From: Amphiscolops sp. MND2022 | Taxonomy: Eukaryota | Assembly (NCBI GenBank): GCA_964187785.1 | Contig: OZ076409.1 | Location: forward strand, 91,328,001-91,392,000 | Length of the DNA stretch: 64,000 bases | Reading direction: 5' to 3' | Shown here: piece after piece, positions 38,676 through 49,702 of the stretch | How the letters are laid out: each line of letters begins with the position of its first letter | Numbering within the stretch: the first letter of the stretch is position 1 | The notes under the pieces: model-generated | The model's input: only the letters and a program-made list of their open reading frames with translations | Told to the model about the DNA's origin: nothing | Databases searched by the model: none | Made by a program: the position numbers and the translations under genes

Positions 38676-39808
38676 TGGTGACAGGAGTTACCACAACCCA
38701 GGACATACCCGCCCGGTCATCAAGTCTACCGCCGCCCAACATGAGATATCCAGACGATATCGTAGACAAACTACTCGAATCCTTAAAAAACGCCACACAA
38801 CAGAACGTGGGATTACCCAGACTACCAAAGGCACTCTCAACGACTATGCCAACGTTCGATGGCCGCAACGACAAGTTCGAGCATTTCGAAGATCTGTTTA
38901 TGACGAGCCTCAAAGTCTACCCAAACATCTCAGAAGAGGAGCAAATCCACTATTTCCACTCCCTCCTGAGAGGCGATGCACTCCAAACCTATCGCAACAT
39001 GACCGATGCAAACCGCACCAGCCTAGATGACATCATCGCCACCTTTCGCAGACGGTATGTACGCCCACAATCGATAGCTACAGCAAGATGTAAGTGGGAA
39101 CAACTTTACTTTGACCCTACTCGCCAAACCTTCCAAGATTTCTTGGAGCAGTATCAAAAATTGGCACAGGAGGCATATGGCGACGACGCCCCAAAGTTCA
39201 TAGAAACCTCATTCTATGCAAAAATGCCAGCCCATTTAAAACGAGTCCTCAACCAGGCAAGACTAGAGACAGAGTCATACGACCTCATGGTCCAACACCT
39301 GGAACGCGAGATGGAGTTAAACGGACTCCTAGCCCCAAGCGAAACAAACATAACGGGAGTACACCAAATCGATGTACAAGACATCCCACAACAAACCGCC
39401 AATCCACCCAAACCGGCAGGCCCGTGCTTTGGATGTGGCCACCCAGGCCATGTAATAAAGAACTGCCGGAAAACAGCTCGGGAAGCCCGTAACCGAGGCA
39501 ACCGGGTACCAACCAAAATCACAAACCCATGTGAAACCTGTGGCAAGAAAAGCCATACGACCCAAGAGTGTTATTCCGGAGCCAACTGGGCAAATAGACC
39601 TCAATGGTGGAAGACACCTAAGACAACTCCCCCGAATAACATCCCGTTGCCACAAAATGCCCAAGGTCAATACCCCTCGGACAACCCATCAACCCACCAG
39701 CAAACATACGAAAACCAAACACATAGCCAAACGGGCTACCCACCCATGCTCCCGCAGACTACTCAACCCCAAAACTCAAGTCAGAACCTCAGCCACTCAA
39801 AAAACTAG
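38321..39808 (+). CDS. gag: Gag (~495 aa), starting inside the 5' LTR; two CCHC zinc knuckles
   Basis: MPTFDG..LLRGDA capsid-like region, CFGCGHPGHVIKNC and CETCGKKSHTTQEC. First ATG at 38321; a second in-frame ATG at 38675 overlaps the PBS. Confidence 0.88.
   Translation: MPERSSKRKARRDSPVNSVDEPESSSMRTENTPCLSDKDFNELSEKIEKSVSKRIKDTEIGQREILKMIENLASKIDTLAEKPSYNAHHDPDDEDLENTYFRPGTVEPNDLRLNHGQHMVTGVTTTQDIPARSSSLPPPNMRYPDDIVDKLLESLKNATQQNVGLPRLPKALSTTMPTFDGRNDKFEHFEDLFMTSLKVYPNISEEEQIHYFHSLLRGDALQTYRNMTDANRTSLDDIIATFRRRYVRPQSIATARCKWEQLYFDPTRQTFQDFLEQYQKLAQEAYGDDAPKFIETSFYAKMPAHLKRVLNQARLETESYDLMVQHLEREMELNGLLAPSETNITGVHQIDVQDIPQQTANPPKPAGPCFGCGHPGHVIKNCRKTAREARNRGNRVPTKITNPCETCGKKSHTTQECYSGANWANRPQWWKTPKTTPPNNIPLPQNAQGQYPSDNPSTHQQTYENQTHSQTGYPPMLPQTTQPQNSSQNLSHSKN
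38676..38690 (+). other. Putative primer-binding site
   Basis: TGGTGACAGGAG directly after ..CAACACA; cognate tRNA not identified. Confidence 0.6.
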
Positions 39809-39843
39809 AATCGCCACATCTTCGATTTGGGGAGACTGTCGAA
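39799..39843 (+). promoter_or_regulatory. -1 programmed ribosomal frameshift signal (gag-pol)
   Basis: A_AAA_AAC heptamer immediately before the gag TAG. The -1 frame is open (LESPHLRFGETVE) into pol, and a pseudoknot is possible 5 nt downstream. Confidence 0.75.
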
Positions 39844-42800
39844 ATGCGACAGTACACAACATCTGAACCCCCAAATTCATACGACAAAGAAGGAAACACT
39901 GAGCGAAATGAAGAACCATCTCTCGACTGGCAGCGAAGATGGCAGATCCATAAGCTCCATAAATACAACCGTCGACACATCACAAAGAAGGACTACCCCC
40001 AGTGGTACCTCGACAACCCGACTGAGTACAATACTCCCAAACGACCCCTACCAGAAAGCACTACCCCTGAAACATACTTCCACGACTCGGACTTCAACTG
40101 CGACCCCTACTATAACCCTCAACTATACGACAAAACAACACTAACCTTCAAACACCAGGAATGCACGCCATTTGAAGAGTATATCAGAACAACAGGGATG
40201 AACATTTCCACCGAGCCACGCCACAGGTCCAAAACCGTCCAACCCATCCCCAATTACGACCAGGACGCGGAACATGTGACAAAGATCATAGTTGATCTCC
40301 CACAAGACAATCTCAGACCCATACTCAAAAACCAAGGATCACATGCCACTGCTCCCCATTCTCCATCAAGGGAACAGTCAACAAACCCTATTAGAGCCGG
40401 CATCATCCGATCCCCAACAATGGACGTGGCACCAGATAGCCACCAACACAAAGACATCGCCCACAGGACCACGAACGAAGCCGTGGACCTAGCCCAAAAT
40501 ACACACAATCCGGAGACAATCACCTCCAAACCCACAACAAAACGCATCAAGAGATCCCTACTCTTGGAGCCACCAACTCTCAGCGAGACCCAGGTCTCAC
40601 ACCCCATCCTCAATAGCCAGCTAGAAGATGACACCGACTTTGGTCGACACATCATGGCTGACGCAACCAACATGCAGTCTGGATCGCCCTCAGGTGCCGC
40701 AAACGGCGCACCACAACAGGACACTCCCAGGTCCTACCTCCCCCAGCAGACTGCAGAATATCCGAGGAATAACGAAAACCCAACCAGAGAAACCAACGTC
40801 TACCTCTCTCTCTCAAGCAGGCAGACCGAAAACGAAGTCGAGGACCCTCGACCCCTCACCTCTGCCGCAACTAACACGCAATCTGGATTCCCCCCAGGTG
40901 TAGCAGACGACTCACCATCCCAGGACGAACCCCAGTCCTACCCCCTGGCCCAGATTGCGGAATTCCTCACGAGAGACCCCATCACCAAAGAAGAGTGCAT
41001 ACCGATCTTCTCAGCGGTATCACTTAAAAAAAAGAAGAAAATGCTCTTCGCACCCATGGATTTCCAGGACTTGACCCTGGACGCCCTCATCGATTCTGGC
41101 GCTCTCGTAAACTGCATCTCTGAAACAGATTACAACAAAATCATCCAAATGTCCCCCAAAGATGTAGTCAAAGAATTGGAACCTCCCCCCTTCAAACTTC
41201 AAGTCGCAAACGGCGACATTGAGACACCTACCAAAACAATCATCCTCCAATTCGAGATCGGAGACTGGAACTTCAAAGAAACCTTTATCGTAGCCAAACG
41301 CCTGACTGGCCCGATACTTGGCCTTACATTCCTCAAAAACAATAGCGCAATCCTGGACGTGAGCCAAGGCCTGTTACACTTCCCCCACCTCACATATTCA
41401 ATCGAAACTGATGAATATACACGTAACAGGAAATTGTATAAAGTACAGATCAAGAACCCACTCACGATTCCCCCGGAAACGACACAAACAATCACGGGCT
41501 CCACAGACACACCATCAAACGTTGACACAACCGGTGTCATAAACCCAGCTACCAACCATTGTAGTGGTGACCCCCTAGTAGTAGCCAGCTCCATCTCAAC
41601 AGCTTCCAACAGGAAAATCGACATCAGAGTCACCAACACCACCCCTACACCTTTCACTATTAAACGCAACACCACAATCGCCGAGTTCAAAATCCTGTCC
41701 CCGGAAGAGGCCAAAGAACTCAGACCACTGAACACAGCAGCACTTAAAGTGCTGACCGAAGACGACTCCGAAGAAGCGCTAGTGTACATCAATGAGCTTC
41801 TGAAAACCTCAGAAAAACCATCAAACAACCAAAACTTTTGGTTTCCTACACCGGACAATCCTGGCGACCCTAGTACCCACACGCCGATTCAAAGCAGAAT
41901 ACTGAGGGAAATCAAGGAACTGGAAGAGATCCAGAAACTGGACCCCAATAACAATACTGAAGACCGAGAGGCATTCCTCAAAAACTTTAAATGGGATGAT
42001 TCCCAGTTAACAGAAAATGACCAGAAAGACATTGAGGAAATCCTGATAGAGTTCAATGACATCTTCGCGAGACACCGACTAGACATCGGGATCAACCACG
42101 ACTTTAAAATCAAGCTCACCCCAAAAACTGACGACCCCGTCTATTCACAGAGCTTGCCGTGCCCCATTAACCTGAAAGAGGATCTGACAGTCGAGTTGGC
42201 ACTAATGCATTACTTCGGGATCATCACCACCCTCCCGTTCAGCAAGTATGCTAGTCCCATCTTCGCCCAACGGAAACCAAATGGCCGCCTGCGTCTCCTG
42301 GTTGACCTCAGGAAGATCAACAACCTAATCTCCGATGACTACATTAACTACAATCATCCCGTGAGCACATTGACCGACGCAGCGCAACACCTCGCTGGCA
42401 AAAAGTTGTTCTGTAAGCTTGATTGTTCACAAGCTTACCACGTGCTGCAAATGGCAGACCAGAAATCAGTGCAACTCCTAGCCTTCAACTTTGCCAGCAG
42501 GACATTTGCGTACCTCAGGCTAGCCCAGGGCCTGAGCCGCTCACTCTCGTCCTTCTCCAGTTTCATGAGGGAATATCTTGACAAAGCCATAAAGGCGGAC
42601 AAATGCGCCCAGTACGTAGATGACATTGGAATCGCCACCAACACTCCCGAGGAGTTGAAGAACAACTTGAGAGAGGTCTTCCAATGCATCCGCGCTGCAG
42701 GACTCCGGCTCACCATGGCCAAATGTCAGTTTGGCGCCAAGGAAGTCGAATTCCTTGGGCGAACGATTTCCCCAGCAGGAGTGGCACCCCAGACCCACAA

Positions 42801-45579
42801 GATCCAGAAACACCTCCAAACCATCAAATTCCCCCGAACGAAGAAGGGACTTCAAAGATACATCGGGTTTGTAAACTACTACAGAAATTACATTCCCCGA
42901 TTGTCAGAGAAAATCGCCCCGTTCCATGAACTGATCAAATCAGACAAACCGGTAAAGATCGACCAAGACCTCATTTCCAACTTTGAAGCCATCAACAAGT
43001 CACTGCACAACGCATGCGACCTTTGGCTCAAACAGCCAATGCCAAACCGGCAGTACGTGCTAATGACAGACGCAAGCTTCAAGAACGCCGGATATGCCTT
43101 GATGACAGAAGAGGACCCCGAACAAAAGATCACCTCCACCAAGAAGACTTACGCTCCAGTGGCATTTGGATCAAAGACCTTTTCACCGTCCCAGCTGAAA
43201 ATGTCGATCTACGCCAAAGAATTCTTGGCCATCTATTTTGCATTTATGGAATACAGCCACATCTTGTGGGGTTCCTCCAAACCAACTATTGTCTTAACTG
43301 ACAATAAATCAGTCACCAGGTTTTTTCAAACCAAGATGATTCCTCCCTCCCTCTGGAATGCCTGCGATTTCGTATTACAATTTCACTTCAAGATCGCCCA
43401 TGTGCCAGGGAGAATGAATACTGCAGCTGATTTCCTCTCCCGTCTCGACATCAACCCCAAAGAAAAAGTCCTTCTCCAAATCAGAGAAGATATACAAACT
43501 ACACCGATCCAGGTGAACATCCAATCTTCCGACATCCATGAGGAAGATCAATTCTATTTTTTACCAGAGGACGACTCAGAGACCGAAGAGGACATCTGGG
43601 AGCGGAAACAACAAGCCCGCAAACAGATCTATTCACCATATCAAAAAAGCACTGATCCAATGAACGAAACTGACCAAACCATCTCTCAACCTGAGAACCT
43701 ACCCCTGGTCTGTAACAACATCCAAGACCCAGAACAGGAACAGCGGCGTCTACTACACAATGACACTAGTTTCCCACGCAGTTTGAGACCACACCAAGAC
43801 CAGGACCCCGTTCTTAGAAACCTCAAACTGAAAATCCTAAAAGAACCATATGACACCCAACTACTGAATGATGACCCCAGAGCAGCCAAGTACCTCACTC
43901 AGGACGACCGCATCATCATCAAGGATGGGCTCCTGTACAGACAATACTTTGGCGACACAGGCAAAGTCAAATATCTGCAAGTATTGCTCCCCCAACAATT
44001 GGTCGATGAATTCATACAACACCACCATGGCAAATTCGGAAAACACCCAGGCATAGCCAAAACCATCCAGCAGTGCCGCGAAAAATATTACTTCCCAGGA
44101 CTAGCCGCCCGCATAGCCACGCACATTACACAGTGTCCAGAATGTGCGCAGACGAAAAGGACCCCAAATGCCAACATCACACCTCCACTGATCGACATGT
44201 CTAAAGTAGCACTGGGCCCAGAAGACGCGCTACAAATGGACATCGTCCCGTTCGACGACCCATCAGGAGGATATACCGCAGTCATTACAGCGATGGATGT
44301 ATTCTCCCGATACCTTTTCGCTTATAGTGTCGCCAGGGTCGATACCAAGACTGTCACGCGGGTCCTCACAGATATCATAACAAGACACTGTTACCTTCCC
44401 ACAACGATAATAACAGACAAAGGATCCCAGTTCATATCGGAGGCAATGCAACAAACAACAGCTGTCCTTGGAATCCAACTGAATTATGCCACTACCAAAC
44501 ATGCCCAGACAATTGGCATCCTGGAAAGGACGCACGCCTCCCTCAAAGAAAGCCTAAAGATCATGACAGGAGAGAGGCGAACGATGTGGCACCAATTTTT
44601 ACCAATGGCGGTATTAAATTACAATACCTCATACCACACGTCACTGGGCTGTGAACCCAGCCGAGTTTTCCATGGAAGAGTACCATACAATGTACTTGAC
44701 CTCAAATACGGCATCAAGCCACAGGCGTCCTCCACAATCAACCACGAAATAGCCGAGGGAGTGTTGAAGCAAACACAACAAATCCTCAACAACAGTCAAC
44801 AAGCCCTGATGCAAGCTTACGTCCGACATAAACGCTATTATGACCGGAAAGCATCAGCTCACCCCTTGGTAGTAAACGACTACTGCTATGCTTTACATCC
44901 AAAGGCGCATAGCCAAGCGACGAAACTGCCGTTTAGAGAATACCTTTGGACGGGACCATATATCGTGGTCAAAACTCTGCCTAACAATAATTACCTTATA
45001 CGCAAGCTACAAACCAATTTCACCCAGATCCTGCACAGAATCAGACTCCGCCCCTTTGCAAGCAGCCAAAAACTGCCTGACATTACAGTTCCACCCAAAG
45101 ATTACCAGCAGGATACTGAAGTAACAATTCAACACGACGACCTCTTTGCAATGGCGTGGGAAGAGCTATACAACGAATGCCCACCCCAACCCGAAAATAA
45201 ACAATCGCCCGAACCCGAGATCACACTGCCAACCCCCGTAACAGACAATGCCCCCACCCACCCTGAACCCCCAAGCCCTAACCTGGCATACGAACCCGAA
45301 CCTACCCCAACCTACCCAAGTGATCAGACACAGGACCCAACAGTCGACCTAGATGATATACCCGAAGAAAACACAGATACACCTAAATCCCCCCGAAAAT
45401 CCCAATACAATCTTCGAAGAAACCCGACGTCAAATTGGAAGCCCGATTACGCCTATTACAATGCCTTAACAGCTAACTCAACAAGCCCGGCACAATCAAC
45501 CGGTAGCCTGGACGACGACCCAGAATTTCAAGTTTTAGCAGACCTCGGCCCAGACGGCAGCCCGAGATCAGAAAATTAA
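39844..45579 (+). CDS. pol: Pol polyprotein (PR-RT-RNase H-IN), intact
   Basis: ALIDSGA (protease), LDCSQAY and YVDD (RT), TDAS..KEFLA..TDNKS (RNase H), HxxxxxHPG..CxxC plus MD/TDKGSQF/LERTH (integrase). Confidence 0.96.
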   Translation: MRQYTTSEPPNSYDKEGNTERNEEPSLDWQRRWQIHKLHKYNRRHITKKDYPQWYLDNPTEYNTPKRPLPESTTPETYFHDSDFNCDPYYNPQLYDKTTLTFKHQECTPFEEYIRTTGMNISTEPRHRSKTVQPIPNYDQDAEHVTKIIVDLPQDNLRPILKNQGSHATAPHSPSREQSTNPIRAGIIRSPTMDVAPDSHQHKDIAHRTTNEAVDLAQNTHNPETITSKPTTKRIKRSLLLEPPTLSETQVSHPILNSQLEDDTDFGRHIMADATNMQSGSPSGAANGAPQQDTPRSYLPQQTAEYPRNNENPTRETNVYLSLSSRQTENEVEDPRPLTSAATNTQSGFPPGVADDSPSQDEPQSYPLAQIAEFLTRDPITKEECIPIFSAVSLKKKKKMLFAPMDFQDLTLDALIDSGALVNCISETDYNKIIQMSPKDVVKELEPPPFKLQVANGDIETPTKTIILQFEIGDWNFKETFIVAKRLTGPILGLTFLKNNSAILDVSQGLLHFPHLTYSIETDEYTRNRKLYKVQIKNPLTIPPETTQTITGSTDTPSNVDTTGVINPATNHCSGDPLVVASSISTASNRKIDIRVTNTTPTPFTIKRNTTIAEFKILSPEEAKELRPLNTAALKVLTEDDSEEALVYINELLKTSEKPSNNQNFWFPTPDNPGDPSTHTPIQSRILREIKELEEIQKLDPNNNTEDREAFLKNFKWDDSQLTENDQKDIEEILIEFNDIFARHRLDIGINHDFKIKLTPKTDDPVYSQSLPCPINLKEDLTVELALMHYFGIITTLPFSKYASPIFAQRKPNGRLRLLVDLRKINNLISDDYINYNHPVSTLTDAAQHLAGKKLFCKLDCSQAYHVLQMADQKSVQLLAFNFASRTFAYLRLAQGLSRSLSSFSSFMREYLDKAIKADKCAQYVDDIGIATNTPEELKNNLREVFQCIRAAGLRLTMAKCQFGAKEVEFLGRTISPAGVAPQTHKIQKHLQTIKFPRTKKGLQRYIGFVNYYRNYIPRLSEKIAPFHELIKSDKPVKIDQDLISNFEAINKSLHNACDLWLKQPMPNRQYVLMTDASFKNAGYALMTEEDPEQKITSTKKTYAPVAFGSKTFSPSQLKMSIYAKEFLAIYFAFMEYSHILWGSSKPTIVLTDNKSVTRFFQTKMIPPSLWNACDFVLQFHFKIAHVPGRMNTAADFLSRLDINPKEKVLLQIREDIQTTPIQVNIQSSDIHEEDQFYFLPEDDSETEEDIWERKQQARKQIYSPYQKSTDPMNETDQTISQPENLPLVCNNIQDPEQEQRRLLHNDTSFPRSLRPHQDQDPVLRNLKLKILKEPYDTQLLNDDPRAAKYLTQDDRIIIKDGLLYRQYFGDTGKVKYLQVLLPQQLVDEFIQHHHGKFGKHPGIAKTIQQCREKYYFPGLAARIATHITQCPECAQTKRTPNANITPPLIDMSKVALGPEDALQMDIVPFDDPSGGYTAVITAMDVFSRYLFAYSVARVDTKTVTRVLTDIITRHCYLPTTIITDKGSQFISEAMQQTTAVLGIQLNYATTKHAQTIGILERTHASLKESLKIMTGERRTMWHQFLPMAVLNYNTSYHTSLGCEPSRVFHGRVPYNVLDLKYGIKPQASSTINHEIAEGVLKQTQQILNNSQQALMQAYVRHKRYYDRKASAHPLVVNDYCYALHPKAHSQATKLPFREYLWTGPYIVVKTLPNNNYLIRKLQTNFTQILHRIRLRPFASSQKLPDITVPPKDYQQDTEVTIQHDDLFAMAWEELYNECPPQPENKQSPEPEITLPTPVTDNAPTHPEPPSPNLAYEPEPTPTYPSDQTQDPTVDLDDIPEENTDTPKSPRKSQYNLRRNPTSNWKPDYAYYNALTANSTSPAQSTGSLDDDPEFQVLADLGPDGSPRSEN

Positions 45580-45935
45580 TTAGCCCCAGGCACTGGCCTA
45601 GACAGCATCCCTACAAACTGAACCTCAAAATCTCTTCATTTCACAATGGCTTTCACTCAAACTACTATACCCTACGACTTGGATGAAAACAATTCGGAGG
45701 CTAAATACTGAATTAATTAGCCCAGGAAAGCACTGAGCTGCCTCAACTTCTCCTCTCTGTTTTTTCTGATTTTTTTTTCTTTGCCCTATAATACCAGAGC
45801 ATATCATTCTGTGTATTTTTGATTCACTACAAAGGAACCGACTTGCGGAACCGCTAATACAAGCAACAAATAAATAAACAGTCTATATACAAGGAGTCAA
45901 TCAATCCATCAGCAAAAGTTCAAATCATCATGTCT

Positions 45936-48900
45936 TCAAGTCGACTTCCCAGACCGCGTTGCCCGGGTACCACTCTTCGGTCCTTTTGACGAAGAACCAG
46001 CTCCACTTTGACTGCCCCCAGGAACAGCACTGGTAGAAGCACCAACAGTTGTCACACGGGACCTCCACTCCTCAACCTGCCCTGTATAATACGCCGTATA
46101 ACACTGGAGCAAGTCATTAAAAATCCCAGCACGAGAATGGCGGCATACATCAGTCCAAGGATCAAACTCAGTCCGTGCCAGGAACCGATGCCCAACAGGC
46201 AGGTTGACTTTTAACTCCTCCAGACACCCTACGGTCAGCAACTCACCAACGACAAACTTTGGATGCAAAACAAATGACTGAACAGCACTCAGCCCAGAAC
46301 GGATAACACTAGGCGGCAGATTTGTTCCACTCATAGAGATGTCCACAACAGGCATGGCAGCAGGAGCAGGCCCAACAATAACACGCACAAGACGAACTAC
46401 TTGTTTCACATGGGCGCGGCACTGATAACTGGTATTATCCTCCAGATAAACGAACACGTCTTTGATCTGAGAGGCATCGGTCGATAACTGCCGAAGATCC
46501 ACCACCAATGACTTGAACTCGTTTACAGCAGCTTCTCGATCCAGACTACCCAAATAACCAGCTTCCTGGAAACAGGCGACCAAGTCCTGAAACAACTCCA
46601 CAACGTAACCTGCATCTCCGCCGAGCAACATGTCCACACTCAGGCAACTGAGAGAGCGGGCGACCCGAGAACTGGCGTAACTGGATGCCCTGAGCTGTTT
46701 GAGCAACTCCAGCAAGAAAGTCTGACACTCCTTCAAGAAAGCTCGTCGAGGCGTAACGTCAAACCCACGCAGAGCCTTTAGGATACTAGGCTCACCTTGG
46801 AGACACTCACCAGCAGCAACGTTGGGCCAATTTGTTAAGGGCTGGTCGATATACTCAGACCAACAATCAATTGAAGGCAACTGACCCACCTTCTTGACCT
46901 TACTCAGCAGACTCCAGTAGAAAAAACAGAAGTCAACGAAGTTCCTGCAGGCATAATCCTTAACTGATGGATCAAATAGCTTCGCACAGTTAGTCCGGAA
47001 ACACAGCAATACCACATGCAACAAGGCGAGACGCGGCAGTCCCAATCGGTCCGAACACAGCAAAGAATCAAGATCCACCACATTAATGGACTTCTTCATC
47101 AGCAGCATATCGTTAGCAAGACAAATCTTTATATCCGACCAATTTGACAACAACTCCTCCAGAACATCACAGAGAACAGCAAATGACACTTCACCACTAT
47201 CCAGGCAGAGACGGAATTGGGGCAGATTCAGGAGCCAGGCCTGATGGCGGACCCTCTTCAAACGCTGCACAAGATACTCAACCACAGCGAAGGCATCCAC
47301 TGATCCCACACACGACAGACCAGCATCGTTCACGATACGCCGCAACAGATCACCATCAAAAGACACAGCAACTAGAGGCACAGGCCGCCCGACTGCTCGA
47401 CACCAATCGACATAGGCGTTGAAAAGAACTGGAGAACAATTCTCAACAGAGACGGGTCCACGACGAGTTGACACCAACGATAAGGCACGAGACAAGCATT
47501 GAATTTCGGATTCACAGGAAACAGCAGCCTGATCTTCATCAGCGATACAAATCTCACGGGTCGAGTCATCTGTGCAACACCGAACAAAACATCTCACGCT
47601 GGAACGGGACTGCTGTAGTATCAGGCTAAAGGGACTGTCTCCCAGCCAAGTCCTCACACGTTTCAGCACACGTGGGTACAGTGTCTGCACCAACACCACA
47701 AGAGTCTCAGTTTTGCTCCAGGTAACAGAAGCGTACGGGCTCTCGACCGGCAGAGTGGTTCTAAACTGGTTCCACAAGCGGCGTAAGAACACTTGCGAAC
47801 CGCCACTCCTAAGAAGCTCCAGAAGACAACCCACGAGCGTCGAAGGTGGCACATTGGACGGGACGCCAACCAGTGCATCCACCTCGTCCTCAAGGAAAGG
47901 GTTCATTTTGCCGAGCGTAACAGGGGGCGTCTTCTCAATTTCTTCCCGCAACTCTGCAGATATCTCACCCACGGGAATCGCGTCAAAATCTTCTGTGAAG
48001 ATAACGTCCTCATGATCGTAACGATATCTTCGGTCTTTCAAGTAATGCCCCTTGCATTTGAAATGCCGCCAAATACCCCGAGGACCCCGGGACAGAAAGG
48101 AGACATCCTTGCGGCAGATGGCACAGTTGAACCCGTTGGGATTCTTGTCACTGCGGCGACTCACGAACAAACGCGGGAGGGCATGATGACACATAGCCTT
48201 TGTCAAGACATGACGCTCAGACTGCCGTTTCGCCTTTTCCTCGTCGCGGGCCAACAGTTTTTCCTTCCGCACTTCAATGGGATCTAACACACGACTGGGA
48301 TCATTGGCATCAATGCCTTTTGACTTCAACAGCCGGGACAACTCCTCGAATTCTAAAACACAACACTCTCCACAACAACTGGAAATCAAAACTGCAAATC
48401 AAACCCGAAAACAAACAGCAGTAAAAGGACAGACCAAACGGAAAATACAGACAAAACAGTTCATAGAACAGCAGATAAAAAGAGTTGCAGACAACAACTT
48501 ACGTTTAGCCAAAGTCTTCGTCTCCTTCATGGCTTCATTCCGTTCGCTCCGGGCAGCACATCGAGCGAACATCACACACTGTGCGGCAGACATAATGACT
48601 GGAGACCCAGAAGGCACAGACTCTAATCCAGCTAAACAGAAGACAAAACCTTGCCTTACAACTAACAAATGAAGAAACCCCCCTCCTCACAGGCGAATGA
48701 CAGATAACATCCAACAATAAAACCACCAGTATCAGAGTATGGAAGAACACAAACCAAATACACATACCTTTTTCCCATTCATTGTGGATGGTGGACGGCT
48801 CCAGGCCAACTGCTGGACGATAGTGCTGTCTCCTCTCAAAACGAGCCCCAGAATCAGGCAACACGGACACAGCCTCACTCTCTGCAGCCGGGGTTTCCTG

Positions 48901-49702
48901 CGACGGATCACAGACAAAGACATCACTCTCCTCCGATGTCGCCGGTACCGCCTGAGACCCAGGATCAACGACTATAACATCACAATTAGTGCACAACCAG
49001 AGGAATAATATGGACGAAAGCACAAAACCATACACCCATAAAATTCCTAACGCCATACAAAGAAAGAAGAAAGAATACCTACTTTCAAGAGTCTTGGATG
49101 CGCTGATGACAGGCGGCTCATACTCGTTCCCAGAACTGTCACGCAGTGTAGGCGGCACAGGCATAGACCCAGAGATTATATCAGCCAACTTTACCCGTCT
49201 GGAAGGCCCCACACTCCCGACAGAAGGCACACGACTGGCACGACGCTTCTTCTTGCCCTGAGATTGGGTACTACCGGAAGGGCGATAATCGTCATCAGTT
49301 TCATCATCAGACACTAAATACAAAGTAGAGATCAAAAAGAACGCGTTCGCAGACACCTAGAAAAGGCTGGCCACCTATCAATTTCTAGAAAAGTTTACCT
49401 TTCTTATTGGCAAGATAGTCAAGTTCATGACGGGCATCACTGCTATCCGAATGAACAGATCCAGTCTCCTCGGGACACTCGGCCTCGTCATCATCCACAT
49501 CTTTCTCGCCGAACCCACGTATTTTCGAACCAGCAGCACTGACACCAGCCTCCTCATTCTCATCCCGACCACCACTACCAGTAACTTCTTCTTCACCTCG
49601 AATGATAGACCCACCGACAGACTCAGACTCCAACTCACTCTCCATAAAACCAGCTCCTCGACTTTGTCGCTGAAGGACATTATCCTCTTCAGTTGAACTC
49701 AT
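45936..49702 (-). CDS. Antisense spliced accessory gene, ~1094 aa, zinc finger plus hAT-transposase-like body; complement(join(45936..48352,48503..48631,48768..48971,49083..49313,49399..49702))
   Basis: Four GT-AG introns (85, 111, 136, 150 nt), all phase 1, giving 3285 nt in frame. The protein has an acidic/Ser-rich N-terminus, a KKKRR cluster and CAIC..WRHFKCKGH. It is homologous along its length to the gene at 60188-64000. Confidence 0.8.

Noticed and set aside
45936..48389. env gene interpretation of the ORF after pol
   Set aside because: It is on the opposite strand, shows no signal peptide or C-terminal transmembrane anchor, and has a zinc finger and a basic NLS-like cluster.
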